Below, in pieces: positions 1-11,286 of a stretch of DNA of 64,000 bases; positions within the stretch are counted from its first letter, which is position 1, and every line of letters begins with the position of its first letter. The stretch comes from Scyliorhinus canicula. Its lineage: Eukaryota. A model generated the notes under the pieces. The model was not told the origin of the DNA, ran no database searches, and saw only the letters and a list, made by a program, of their open reading frames with translations. A program made the translations under genes and the position numbers. The stretch is taken from positions 4,414,018 through 4,478,017 of the forward strand of contig NC_052159.1 in NCBI RefSeq assembly GCF_902713615.1, written 5' to 3'.

Positions 1-226
1 TCCTTCTTATCTCAGTTCTAAGTCGACCCTCACAACCTTTATCTGTGACGTCTCGTTCTAGATTGCCCCACAGGGGGGGGAACATTTGGTCTACGTTTAT
101 TTTATCAATCCCTTTTAGTATTTTATAAACCTCGATCAGATCCCCTCTCATTCTTCGAAACCCCATGAATGAATTTATAAAAGTTCTCGATATTTATACA
201 GAGAACAAGAGGACCCCAGTGACCCC

Positions 227-415
227 TGGGGTTGGTTTAGCACAGGGCTAAATTGCTGGCTTTGAAAGCAGACCAAGGCAGGACAGCAGTACGGTTCAAT
301 TCCCGTAACAGCCTCCCAGAACAGGCACCGGAATGTGGCGACTAGCGGCTTTTCACAGTAACTTCATTTGGAGCCTACTTGTGACAATAAGTGATTTTCA
401 TTTCATTTCATTTTT
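227..415 (+). mobile_element. tRNA-derived SINE family B (copies near 13507-13668 +, 21848-22165 - twice, 52766-52873 +, 56972-57155 -)
   Basis: Head GGTTTAGCACAG..GGTTCAATTCC (A/B boxes), shared body and (TTTCA)n tail. Confidence 0.8.
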
Positions 416-1036
416 CATATTACTGCTCACCTTTTCTCCAATCCGAGCAACAGCCATGTAGAACAGGCTCATGCTGCTGAAAGGCTTCTTGCTGTTCACA
501 CCTGACTTTGGGCCCATGGTTCCCAAAGTTCTCCACTATTGGGAGTTTTCCTCACCTCATGTCTGGATTTGTTGCAGAGAGATTAAGTGCATGGTTCCAC
601 AATGGCTAGCACTGCTGCCTCACAGTGCCAGTGTTCGATTCTGGCCGAGGGTGACTGTATGTTCCCCAAGTGACTGCGTGGGTTTCCCCCCACAGTCCAA
701 AGATATGCACGTTACACGGATTGGCCGTGTTAAATTGCCCCTTAATATCCAAAAAGGTTAGGTGGGGTTACGGTGGGGGTGTGGGTCGAAGTGGGGTGGT
801 CTTTCAGAGAGTCGGTGCGGACCCGAGGGCCGAATGATCTCATTCTGCACTGCAGGGATTCTATGATTAGTTAATAATTCCATTATCGACTTCCGGTTGC
901 GGCTATGACCAGCTAAGTCGCACATTTGGCAGCTCCTGCGACAAAGGTGTTTAAGGGCCGATTGGAGGGCCCCGACGGTACTGTAAAGACGAATCCCGGT
1001 GGGGGAAGGCTCCCTGAGGAGAGTGAGACCAACTTT

Positions 1037-1882
1037 ATGGTCGGTACTCGGAGTGGGGCGACAAAAAAAGCGGCAGCAGCTCCCCGAAAAAAACGGGGGA
1101 AGAGGACCAAAATGGCGGCCGGTGGCGCACTAGAAGATTGGAGAAAATGGGCGGAGGAGCAGCAGGCCGCTCTCCTCCGGTGTTTTACGGAGCTGAAAGT
1201 GGAACTCTTAGAGTCTATGAACGCGACGACCACAAGGCTGATGGGGGCCCAGGCGACCCAAGAGGCGTCGATAAGAGAGCTGCAGCAGGAGATGACTGCA
1301 AGGGAGGAGGAGGCCACGGTCCTCGTGGGAAAGGTGGAGGTGCACGAGGCACTCCACCTGAAATGGCAGAGCCGCTTTGAGGAGCTGGACACTCGAATGA
1401 GGCGGAAGAACTTGAGGATCCTGGGCCTAGCAGAAGGCCTGGAGGGGCCTGATCTCCCGAAATATGTAGCGGAGATGCTGAGCTCCCTGATGGGAGAGGG
1501 GGCCGGTCCATCGCCCCTGGAGCTGGAAGAAGCATATCGGGTCATGGCTAGGCGGCCTAGGGCGAACGAGCCCCCGAGGGCGGTGCTGGTGCGATTCCAG
1601 CGTTTCTGTGATCGGGAGAAAGTGCTGAGGTGGGCCAAGAGGGAGAAAAGCAGCAAATGGGAGAATTCGACGGTGCGGATATATCAGGACTGGAGTGCGG
1701 AGGTGGCAAAGCGGCGGGCCCGGTTTAACCGGACGAAGGCGGTGCTGCACGCAAAGAGGATCAAGTTCGGAATGCTGCAGCCAGCGCGCTTGTGGGTCAC
1801 CTACAAGGACCAGCACCATTACTTTGAGACCCCAGAGGAGGCATGGACTTTTGTTCGGGAGGAAAAGCTGGACCTGAACTAG
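1037..1882 (+). CDS. L1 ORF1p (coiled coil + RRM/CTD)
   Basis: Intact frame with L1 ORF1 motifs (RRKNLRILGLAEG, ELEEAYRV, PRAVLVRF, IYQDWSAEVAKRR, PARLWVT). Start is ATG 1037 or ATG 1112; the track's 926 start is a TTG. Confidence 0.9.
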   Translation: MVGTRSGATKKAAAAPRKKRGKRTKMAAGGALEDWRKWAEEQQAALLRCFTELKVELLESMNATTTRLMGAQATQEASIRELQQEMTAREEEATVLVGKVEVHEALHLKWQSRFEELDTRMRRKNLRILGLAEGLEGPDLPKYVAEMLSSLMGEGAGPSPLELEEAYRVMARRPRANEPPRAVLVRFQRFCDREKVLRWAKREKSSKWENSTVRIYQDWSAEVAKRRARFNRTKAVLHAKRIKFGMLQPARLWVTYKDQHHYFETPEEAWTFVREEKLDLN

Positions 1883-2826
1883 AACTTGGGAACGCCGGCG
1901 GTCGAGGCCGCCCGAGTACCCTTGACTGATCAAGTGGCCCATGTCTTTCTTAGGCCAGGTCGGAACTTGGTTAAAGTTGATGGATCGTTTGGTTTCTTTG
2001 AAACTTGTGTTATGGGGGGTTTCTTTGTTCCTTTTTGTGTGTCTCTTCCCGTTGCCAACTTCCCTTAATTATTGTTGTTGTAGGGGGGGCTTTTTTACTG
2101 TTTTTTGATCTGTTTTTTTTAAGGGTTATGGTTACTGTTCTGTTCGATGGAGGGTGATGGTTAAATACGTTATTATTGGGTAGTTATTTAGTTATGCAGG
2201 CATAGTTATGTATTTATGTATTTATTTGAGATTTGTTATTTATATTGTTATATTGTTAAGTTGGGGAGGCGGGACGGGGGGGGTGCAAGTTGGTTATGCG
2301 TGTTTTCTTTTTCTCTTTTTTCTTCCTCTCGTTTTAAGGGGGCTTTTTTATGGGCTTGGATGGGGACGGGGGTGGAATTGAAGATGGCGGGGTAGGGTGT
2401 GGCCGGGCGAAAGCGCGGGCTTTCCCCTGTTTCCCGCGCGCGGGACGGAGGAAGGGGGAGGAGAGAAGAGTGGGGTGTGGCCAGCAATGGCGGCTTTTCC
2501 CGCGCTGAAGCGGGGTCAGAGAGGGATGGCAAGGGGGGGGGGGGGAGGCCCCTCCCCCCCCACATCGGGAGGAGTCGGAGTGTGGCAGGGGCAGCCGGGT
2601 CAGCGAAAACCAGCTGACTCTCGGGAGTACGATGGTGGATACACCGCGGCTAGGAGGGGTCCTAGCCAGGGGGGGGGGGGAGGGGGGTTAGGGGGGGATA
2701 CCGGGTTGCTGCTGGAAAGGCCGAGGACGGGAAGGGAAGAACGGGAGGAGAGGGGGGGGGGGGGCCATCGCCATGGGGAACGGGTCAGAAGGGGAGGGTC
2801 GACCCGGGGCGAACAGGGGACAGGAC

Positions 2827-5800
2827 ATGGCTAATAGACAGGGGAAAGGGACGGGTCGCTCTGCGACCCGGTTGATTACTTGGAACGTTAGGGGGCTGAA
2901 TGGGCCGGTCAAGAGATCAAGGGTTTTTTCACACCTAAAGGGACTGCAGGCGGATGTGGCAATGTTGCAGGAGACTCACTTGAGAGTAGTAGACCAGGTA
3001 CGCCTGAGAAGGGGGTGGGTGGGACAGGTGTTCCACTCAGGCTTGGACGCAAAGAACCGGGGGGGTGGCGATTTTGGTGGGAAAGAGGGTGTCGTTCGTG
3101 GCGGCGCAGGTGGTAGCAGATAAGGAGGGTAGGTACGTGATGGTGAAGGGTAGGCTGCAGGGAGAGAATGTGGTGCTGGTGAATGTGTATGCCCCGAATT
3201 GGGATGACGCGGGTTTTATGAGGCGCCTGTTGGGCCTCATTCCGGGTCTGGAGGCAGGGGGCCTGATCATGGGGGGGGACTTCAATACAGTGCTCGACCC
3301 TGGGCTGGACAGATCGAGCTCCAGGACGAATAGGAGGCCGGCAGCGGCAGAGGTGCTAAGGGGGTTCATGGAGCAGATGGGGGGGGTAGACCCTTGGAGA
3401 TTTGGCAGGCCAAGGGCGAGGGAGTATTCTTTTTTCTCCCACGTCCACAGGGTGCTCTCCAGAATAGACTTTTTTGTTCTGAGCAGGGGGCTGATTTCGA
3501 GAGTGCAGGACACGGAGTACTCGGCCATTGCGATTTCGGACCATGCACCACACTGGGTAGAGGTAGAACTGGGGGAAGCACGGGACCAGCGCCCGTTGTG
3601 GCGCCTGGATGTGGGGCTGCTGGCGGACGATGAGGTGTGCGGAAGGGTCCGGAAGGGCATTGAGAGATATCTGGGCACGAACGACACGGGCGAGGTGAAG
3701 GTGGGGGTAGTCTGGGAGGCCCTGAAAGCAGTGATCAGAGGAGAGCTGATCTCCATAAGGGCACACAGAGAAAGGAAGGAGAGGCAGGAGAGGGAGAGAC
3801 TGGTGGGGGAACTTATAGAAGTGGACAGGAGATATGCGGAGACACCAGAGGAGGGGCTGTTGAGGGAGCGGCGCAGTTTACAGGCCCAGTTTGACCTACT
3901 GACCACTAGGAAGGCGGAGACGCAATGGAGAAGGGCACAGGGCGCGGTCTATGAGTACGGGGAAAAGGCGAGCAGGATGCTAGCACACCAGCTGCGCAAG
4001 CGAGATGCAGCCAGAGAGATTGGGGGAGTGAGAGAGAAGGGAGGGAACGTAGTGCAGAAGGGGCAAGAGGTGAACGGGGTCTTCAGGGATTTCTACAGGG
4101 AATTGTACCGGTCTGAGCCGCCCAGGAGGAGGGGGGGAATGGAGAACTTCCTCGATAGATTGAGGTTCCCAAAGGTCCAGGAGGAACGGGTGGAGGGGCT
4201 GGGGGCGCCGATAGAGCTGCAGGAGCTAGTTAAAGGGATAGGCCAGATGCAGGCGGGGAAGGCGCCGGGGCCGGATGGGTTCCCGGTGGAATTTTATAAG
4301 AAGTATGTGGACTTGGTGGGTCCAGTGCTGGTGCGAGCCTTCAATGAGGCGCGAGAGGGGGGGGTTCTGCCCCCGACAATGTCACAGGCCCTGATCTCCT
4401 TGATCCTGAAGCGGGACAAAGACCCTGTACAGTGCGGGTCCTACAGGCCTATCTCCCTCTTGAATGTAGATGCCAAACTGTTGGCAAAGGTCCTGGCAAC
4501 CAGAATAGAGGATTGTGTGCCAGGGGTAATCCATGAGGACCAGACGGGGTTCGTAAAGGGACGACAACTTAACACAAATGTCCGGAGACTGTTGAATGTG
4601 ATTATGATGCCAGCAGTGGAGGGGGAGGCTGAGATAGTGGTAGCACTGGATGCTGAGAAGGCATTCGATAGGGTGGAGTGGGAATACCTGTGGGAGACGC
4701 TGGAACGGTTTGGGTTTGGGGAGGGATTTATCAAGTGGGTGAAGCTGCTGTATTCGGCCCCGATGGCGAGTGTGGTTACAAACGGGAGGAGGTCAGAGTA
4801 TTTTGGGCTCCATCGAGGTACCAGGCAGGGATGCCCCCTATCCCCCTTACTATTTGCATTAGCGATCGAACCGTTGGCGATGGCACTGAGGGGTTCAGGG
4901 GGGTGGAGAGGACTGACAAGGGGAGGGGAGGAACATCGGGTATCACTCTATGCGGATGATTTGTTGTTATATGTGGCGGACCCGGAAGGGGGAATGCCGG
5001 AGGTAATGGAAATACTAGCGGAGTTTGGGGACTTTTCGGGATATAAATTAAATGTGGGTAAAAGTGAGGTCTTTGTGATACACCCGGGAGATCAGGGGGA
5101 GGGAATTGGGCGGCTCCCCTTTAAGAGAGCAGTAAAGAGCTTCAGGTACTTGGGGGTGCAGGTGGCAAGGAACTGGGGGACCCTCCACAAGCTGAACTTT
5201 TCAAGGCTGGTGGAGCAGATGGAGGAGGAGTTCAAGAGGTGGGACATGGTACCGCTGTCGCTAGCAGGGAGGGTGCAGTCAGTCAAAATGACGGTCCTCC
5301 CGAGGTTCTTGTTTCTGTTCCAGTGCTTGCCCATCTTTCTCCCCAGGGCCTTCTTCAAGAAGGTAACTAGCAGCATTATGGGCTATGTGTGGGCACATGG
5401 AACCCCTAGAGTGAGAAGGATTTTCTTGGAACGGAGTAGGGACAGTGGAGGATTAGCGCTACCCAATCTTTCCGGATACTACTGGGCGGCGAACGCATCG
5501 ATGGTGCGCAAGTGGGTGATGGAGGGGGAGGGGGCAGCTTGGAAACGTATGGAGAGGGCGTCCTGCGGCAATACAAGCCTGGGGGCGCTAGTAACGGCAC
5601 CATGGCCGCTCCCCCCCACAAGGTATACCACGAGTCCGGTAGTGGCGGCCACCCTTAAAATCTGGGGGCAGTGGAGGCGACACAGGGGGGAAGTGGGGGG
5701 TCTGATGGCGGCGCCACTGAGAGGGAACCACAGATTTGTCCCGGGGAACACTGGCGGGGGATTCCAGAGCTGGCACAGGGCGGGCATCAGGCAACTGAGG

Positions 5801-6622
5801 GACATGTTCATAGAGGGGAGGTTTGCGAGCCTGGGAGAGCTGGAGGAGAAATTTGAGCTCCCCCCGGGGAACACGTTTAGATACCTGCAGGTGAAGGCAT
5901 TTGCCAGACGACAGGTGGAAGGATTTCCCTTGCTTCCCGATAGAGGGGTGAGTGATAGGGTGCTGTCAGGGGTCTGGGTCGGAGAAGGGAAGGTCTCGGA
6001 CATCTACAAAATAATGCAGGAGGTGGAGGAGGTATCGATAGAGGAGCTGAAAGACAAGTGGGAAGCGGAGCTGGGAGAGCAGATAGAAGATGGGACATGG
6101 GCGGATGCCTTAGAGAGGGTCAATTCGTCGTCGTCGTGCGCAAGGTTGGGCCTCATCCAATTTAAGGTGCTGCACAGAGCCCATATGACGGGGACTAGGA
6201 TGAGTCGGTTCTTTGGGGGTGAGGACAGGTGTGTTAGGTGTTCGGGAGGCCCTGCGAACCATGTACATATGTTCTGGATGTGCCCGGCACTGGAAGAGTT
6301 CTGGGAGGGGGTGGCGGGGACGGTATCGAGAGTGGTGGGAACCAGGGTCAAACCAGGGTGGGGGCTGGCGATTTTTGGGGTTGGGGTGGAGCCAGGAGTA
6401 CAGGAGGCAGGGGAGGCCGGAATATTGGCCTTTGCGTCCTTGGTAGCTCGGAGAAGGATCTTGATTCAGTGGAGGGACACAAGGCCACCAAGTGTTAACA
6501 CCTGGTTAAACGACATGGCAAGCTTCATCCAATTGGAAAGAATCAAATTCGCCCTGAGGGGGTCGGTACAGGGGTTCTTCCGGCGGTGGCAGCCCTTCCT
6601 TGACTTTCTGGATCAGAGATAG
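2827..6622 (+). CDS. L1 ORF2p (APE endonuclease, reverse transcriptase, C-terminal Cys/His knuckle) with a single +1 frameshift
   Basis: Endonuclease motifs WNVRGL, QETH, GGDFN, SRIDF, ISDH. RT motifs YRPISLL, RQGCPLSP, YADD (about 4949). Knuckle CVRC..HMFWMC. One extra G in the G-run 3059-3065 joins track ORFs 2773-3123 and 3065-6622. Confidence 0.93.
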
Positions 6623-7173
6623 GAACTGGAGGCCGAAACAGCAGCAACCCGGGGAGAAAGGGGGGGGGGGGGGGGGGGGGGGGGGGAAGGGGGGGGGGGG
6701 GGGGATAGCAACGAAGGGAGCACGTCAGCGGGGGGTCGCGGGCAATGACTGCCCGAGGCCATCGGCAGAAAGGGAAAAACGGTTTGGTTGCTAGACTGGT
6801 AGCGCGGGGGAGGGGGGGGGGGGTGCGCGTGGGGGAGGGCGTGGGGAGGATTTTCCAGGGGGGATTTGTTGTGTTATAAATTAAAATGTAGTAGGGGTAA
6901 ATGTTTGTATCGAAAAATTTCAATAAAAATTATTTAAAAAAAAAAAAAAAAAATAATTCCATTATCATTGTTTCATGCAACTGCTAGATGGGAGAAGGCA
7001 TCGAGACATTTTTGCCTCCAACAATGCCAATGCTTCACTGTTATCCTTTTATTTAAATCTCGGATGACTCGCCTTACCAAATGCCTACTGAAGTGCACAT
7101 GCCACACCCCTCCCTTGATACCAAGCCCCGGTTGGAGATTTTTCCCTCCTCCACAGATTGTGACATCACTTAC

Positions 7174-7636
7174 CAATAGCACAGATCTTCTCATCTCTAA
7201 CCCACACTCCAGTGTCAGGCGATGTCTCTCCATTGATCCCAAACCTGTGGCACAGCTGGATGACAGTCCTCTCCAACTCGCCCACGTACCACCGCACGCT
7301 CTTCCTGAAGTGAGCCAGGTTGAGGATGGGGTAACACACCAGCTGCCCGGGGCCGTGGAAGGTGATCAGGCCCCCCCGGTCAGCCCGGTAGAACTCTGCC
7401 CCCAGTTGCTTCAATCGCTCCTCCTCCTCGATGGGATACCGTGCCGTCCGGATCCCAATAGTGTAGACAGGCTGGTGCTCACACAACAACAAGGCACTGA
7501 GTGGAGACCCAGCGGTGGAGCACTGAGACAAGGCATTGAGGTGGCGCCGGATGAACCTCCGCTGTGCTTGGAGCCCCTCTCCATAGGATATCCTGCCCAG
7601 GTTCACCACTTCGATCACAGGCTTCAATAAGGGCAT
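7174..7636 (-). CDS. LIPT2: Lipoyl(octanoyl) transferase 2, first coding exon
   Basis: MPLLKPVIEVVNLGRISY..LLLCEHQPVYTIG..RGGLITFHGPGQLVCYP..TGVWVRDEKICAIG are LipB/LIPT2 motifs. Kozak GTCACCATG, acceptor ctgcag (exon starts 7652), donor G|GTAAGT after 7174. The second coding exon was not found in the window. Confidence 0.95.
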
Positions 7637-8169
7637 GGTGACAAAACCCAGACTGCAGGTTGTACACAATAAGAATCACTTGCATTTATATAGCACCTTC
7701 CACAGCCTCAGGCCCACGAAAAGCACTTCACATCCAATGAGGAACTTTCAAAGTGTAGCCATGTTGGAAACGCAGCAGCCCTTCTGCGCACAGCACGATC
7801 CCACTAACAGCACTGACGAAATTGAGGGGGAAACGTTGGCCAGTATTAGAACTTCTCGCCCTCAAACCAAACAAAAACAAATTTGGCCAATCTTTAAACA
7901 ATCCGTCTCTTGCAATTTGCCAGTTGAGTGAGATTTAATCTATTTAATTGTCAAATCGCAAGATTCGAGATATGGAAAACGCAGCTTATTGCCTTGCTGA
8001 CTTTCAGATTGCAGTGGACACGGGACAGATCCAAACCTCTTGAGCACAGGATGGATGGAGCAGTTGTTGCAACAACACCAGTACAAGCCGGGAAACTGTC
8101 AGAAACATTTGTATTTCTGAGGGACCAAACTGCACAATGTTATCCTGTGTTCCCACAGTTTACATTTCC

Positions 8170-8175
8170 TTTATT
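8170..8175 (-). terminator. Candidate polyadenylation signal for the OST4-like exon
   Basis: AATAAA on the minus strand about 555 nt after the OST4-like stop and before the LIPT2 acceptor. Confidence 0.45.
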
Positions 8176-8729
8176 TTGCACTTGGCTCTCTGTTTGAAGT
8201 TACATAAAATGCTGATGAAACTCAGAGGGCAGATCCACCGAGCTGTCTCTCAATGTGGTTTGGTGAGAACAGTTTGTACAACAACGCATCACATTTGTCA
8301 GCAAGATTTCAAAGTGCTCGGTGCAAAATCTGACGCACAGGTATTGTTAGTGATTTAAACGAACAACCATTTTACACAAACCAGGATCCCACGAACAGCA
8401 ACGTGACAAGTGACCAGTTAAAGTGGTTTTAAGTGAAGTTGGCCGAGGAAAGAATGGGAGTTACTGGGCACAGGCAGTGAGGCCTTTTCTCCGTAAAGAC
8501 GATCGATGGGACAGCACTCCCTCAGTACTGCACAGAATTAGCACTCCGGTTTACTTGCTTAGATTCTAGACTGGAGCTGAATGAATTAACACTTCATGAT
8601 GGTGTTTGTTCATGAAATGGAAGACTCCGGCCAATCCTTGCTGTACAACCTGTCCCAGCGCTGGTCATTTTGCCTTTCCTTTTTGTTCTGGACACATCGG
8701 GATTTTAGTGTAACGTGGATGTTTCAACG

Positions 8730-8954
8730 TTAGATGTCTCCTGGGAAGTCAGTGTTGCTCTTCGAGATGCTCCGCGTGTACACACGCCTTCGACACTGGC
8801 TGTGAAAGCTTCTCGTTGGCCGAGCGTCATAGAAGTTTTGAGTGAAAGTTGGGGATCCAGTGTGCACAATGTTGACCCAGTGGTAGAGAACAGCGAGTAG
8901 GAAGACCAGCACACCCAGGGAGTTGACAAAGTAAAGGAGCTCAGCTTCGGTCAT
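8730..8954 (-). CDS. OST4-like (oligosaccharyltransferase subunit 4 family) single-TM microprotein, 74 aa with C-terminal extension
   Basis: MTEAELLYFVNSLGVLVFLLAVLYHWV aligns without gaps to recalled human OST4 [27 protein letters not shown] (15/27 identical by eye). Acceptor cactttttccccag lies 9 nt upstream of the ATG (exon starts 8963). TAA at 8730-8732. Confidence 0.8.
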   Translation of the reverse strand: MTEAELLYFVNSLGVLVFLLAVLYHWVNIVHTGSPTFTQNFYDARPTRSFHSQCRRRVYTRSISKSNTDFPGDI

Positions 8955-9130
8955 CCCACTGATCTGGGGAAAAAGTGTCAAAAGAAGCCAATTTCACAGC
9001 TGTTTCTGTATAACTATGAATAATCTCTGGCTCGGGTTTTCAAGTAGCAACCTGAGAAATCACGAGATCAAGTCCCACCCAAATCCATCACCAAACCAAA
9101 TTCAATAAATCAGTGACTACTAAGCAGTGA

Positions 9131-9457
9131 GGGCAGCACGGTAGCAAAAGTGGATAGCACTGTGGCTTCACAGCGCCAGGGTCCCAGGTTCGATTCCCCG
9201 CTGGGTCACTGTCTGTGCGGAGTCTGCACGTTCTTCCCGTGTCTGCGTGGGTTTCCTCCGGGTGCTCCGGTTTCCTCCCACAGACCAAAGACGTGCAGGT
9301 TAGGTGGATTGGCCATGATAAATTGCCCCTTAGTATCCAAAAAGATTAGAAGGGGTTAATGGGTTACGGGGATAGGGTGGAAATGAGGGCTTAAGTGGGT
9401 CGGTGCAGACTCGATGGGCCGAATGGCCTCCTTCTGCACTGTATGTCCTATGTTCTA
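9131..9457 (+). mobile_element. HE1/V-SINE-like element with CR1-type tail (many relatives, e.g. 590-866, 11425-11755, 12117-12442, 57587-57916, 59038-59325, 61278-61581)
   Basis: tRNA-like head, V-domain GTGTCTGCGTGGGTTTCCTCCGGGTGCTCCGGTTTCCTCCCAC, and TTCTATG-type tail. Confidence 0.88.
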
Positions 9458-10718
9458 TCCAGCCTGTTTTACACACAGTCCCAATCACACAGCCTAATTC
9501 TAGGTCAGATGGTTGTAGGTTCAAGTTTCAGTCCATAATCCAGGCTGACATTCCCAGTGCAGTACTGAGGCAGGTGCCCCTTTGGGATAAGCTCTTACAG
9601 CTCTGCCCTTTTAGATCCCACAGCCACAAATCCAAAGACTAGTATCCCAGCCAACATTTAACGTTTAACCAATGCTCTGCATCTATTTCCTACATTACAA
9701 TGACTACACTTTGAAAAATACTTCATTGGCTAAAAGCTCTTTCGAATGTCCTGAGGTCATGAAAGGAGTTAAATGCAAATTAGTTATATTGTTGATTGCT
9801 TATATCCTCCACAGTGGCCTAGCAAGGCACTCAGTTGTGCAAAAAAAATCACAGAATACTACAGTGCATGAGGCCCTTCAGCCCATCAAGTCTGCACTGA
9901 CGCATGAAAGGCCCAGACCAGCCCATCTAATTCCACTTGCCAGCACTCGCCCCATAGCCTTGAATGTTATGACGTGCCAAGTGCTGATCCAGGTACTTTT
10001 TAAAGGATGTGAGGCATCCCACCTCTGCCACCCTCCCAGGCAGTGCATTCTAAACTACAAAGTTCCACTCCCAGTTTCTCATGGGCAGTCTTCCCCTTTC
10101 CAAGAACATATCAAACACCATTCAAATTTTCATCAATGAGATACCCTTCATTGCTTTCCTCACTCAGCCTTTCTGCTTTGAAAATCATTCTTACATGGGA
10201 TGCAGCCATCGCTAGTAATGCCAGCATCTGTTGCCCATCCTTAATTGTCTTTGAGGGAAGTTAAGATTCAACCACATTGCTGTGGGTCTGGAGTCACATG
10301 TAGGCCAGACCGGGTAAGGGCGGCAGATTTCCTTCCCTAAAGGACATTAAAGAACGAGATGTTTTTTTAAAAAAAACAATTGCTGATGGTTTCATGGTCA
10401 TCATTGTTTTCTCTCCCTACCAGCATAGCTGTTGTTTACATGGAAGATTTTTTTTTTTAAATAGAAGTTTAAAGTATCCAATTCTTTTTTTTTTCCCAAT
10501 TAAGGGACAATTTGGCATGGCCAATCCACTACCCTGGGGTAGGTGGATTGGGTTGTGGGGGTGAGACCCACACAGACATGGGGGGGAATGTGCAAACTCA
10601 CACGGACAGTGACCCGGGACTGGGATCGAACTTGGCACCTCGGCGCCGTGAGGCAGCAGTGCCGCCGTTTACATGAAGATTTAGTTTTTTTGTTTTCTCA
10701 AGCTGGAATGCTAAAATT

Positions 10719-11286
10719 TTAAAATATATTTTATTGAGTTTCTGGTATACAAAACAAATATGAACAGGAGGAGACAAAAAGAGAGAATAAAATATAAAGT
10801 AGTTTTTTTCTCTGCGTACATTATTTGCAGTGGCGATTGTGGTTTCCTGCATTTCATTCCCCCTCCCAGGTTTTTTCTTTTGCTTTTTCACTTTGGTTCA
10901 GGTTGTTGCCACTGCACCCCCCCACCCCCATTGTGTCTCATGCTTATTTTGTTGGGCAGGTTTCCCTGCCCCCCCCCCCCCCCCCCCCCCCACTTCTTTG
11001 CTGCGTCGTGGCTACCCCCTCCTGTTCTTTGGTCTCCAAATGTTGGCTACAAACAGGACTTAGAAAAACTGAGTGAATGGCTCCCTTGTTTTGAGGAAGC
11101 CTTCCTCTGACCCTCGGATGGCAAATTTAATTTTCCCCATTGGAGAAATTCCGGCAGGTCGGACAGCCAGTCTGCAGTTTTGGGTGGTGCTGCCGACCGC
11201 CAGCCGAGCAGGATTCTCCGGCAGGCGATTCGGGAGGCAAAGGCAAGGCCGTCGGCCCTCCTCCCCATTAGGCGATCTGGCTGCTA
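10719..11286 (-). mobile_element. 5'-truncated L1 (ORF2 C-terminus + 3'UTR)
   Basis: LAFASRIACRRILLGWRSAAPP resembles the full-length ORF2 end. AATAAA at 10730-10735. 13-bp TSD GAATGCTAAAATT at 10706-10718 and 11287-11299. Confidence 0.88.

Larger units (their letters stand above)
888..6951 (+). mobile_element. Full-length LINE-1-clade retrotransposon inside the LIPT2 intron (antisense to LIPT2)
   Basis: Perfect 15-bp TSD AATAATTCCATTATC at 873-887 and 6952-6966. Target context TT/AATAA. Contains 5'UTR, ORF1, long spacer, ORF2, G-rich 3'UTR, AATAAA at 6922 and a poly(A) tail. Confidence 0.97.

Noticed and set aside
913-1656. 247-aa antisense ORF over L1 ORF1 (ORF0-like?) and other antisense ORFs over ORF2
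   Set aside because: Shadow frames of GC-rich coding sequence with no recognisable motifs.
6968-7630. 220-aa plus-strand ORF opposite LIPT2
   Set aside because: Antisense shadow of the LIPT2 exon with a non-ATG start.
9131-9205. tRNA-like heads with A and B boxes
   Set aside because: They are SINE heads that continue into V-domain bodies, not tRNA genes.
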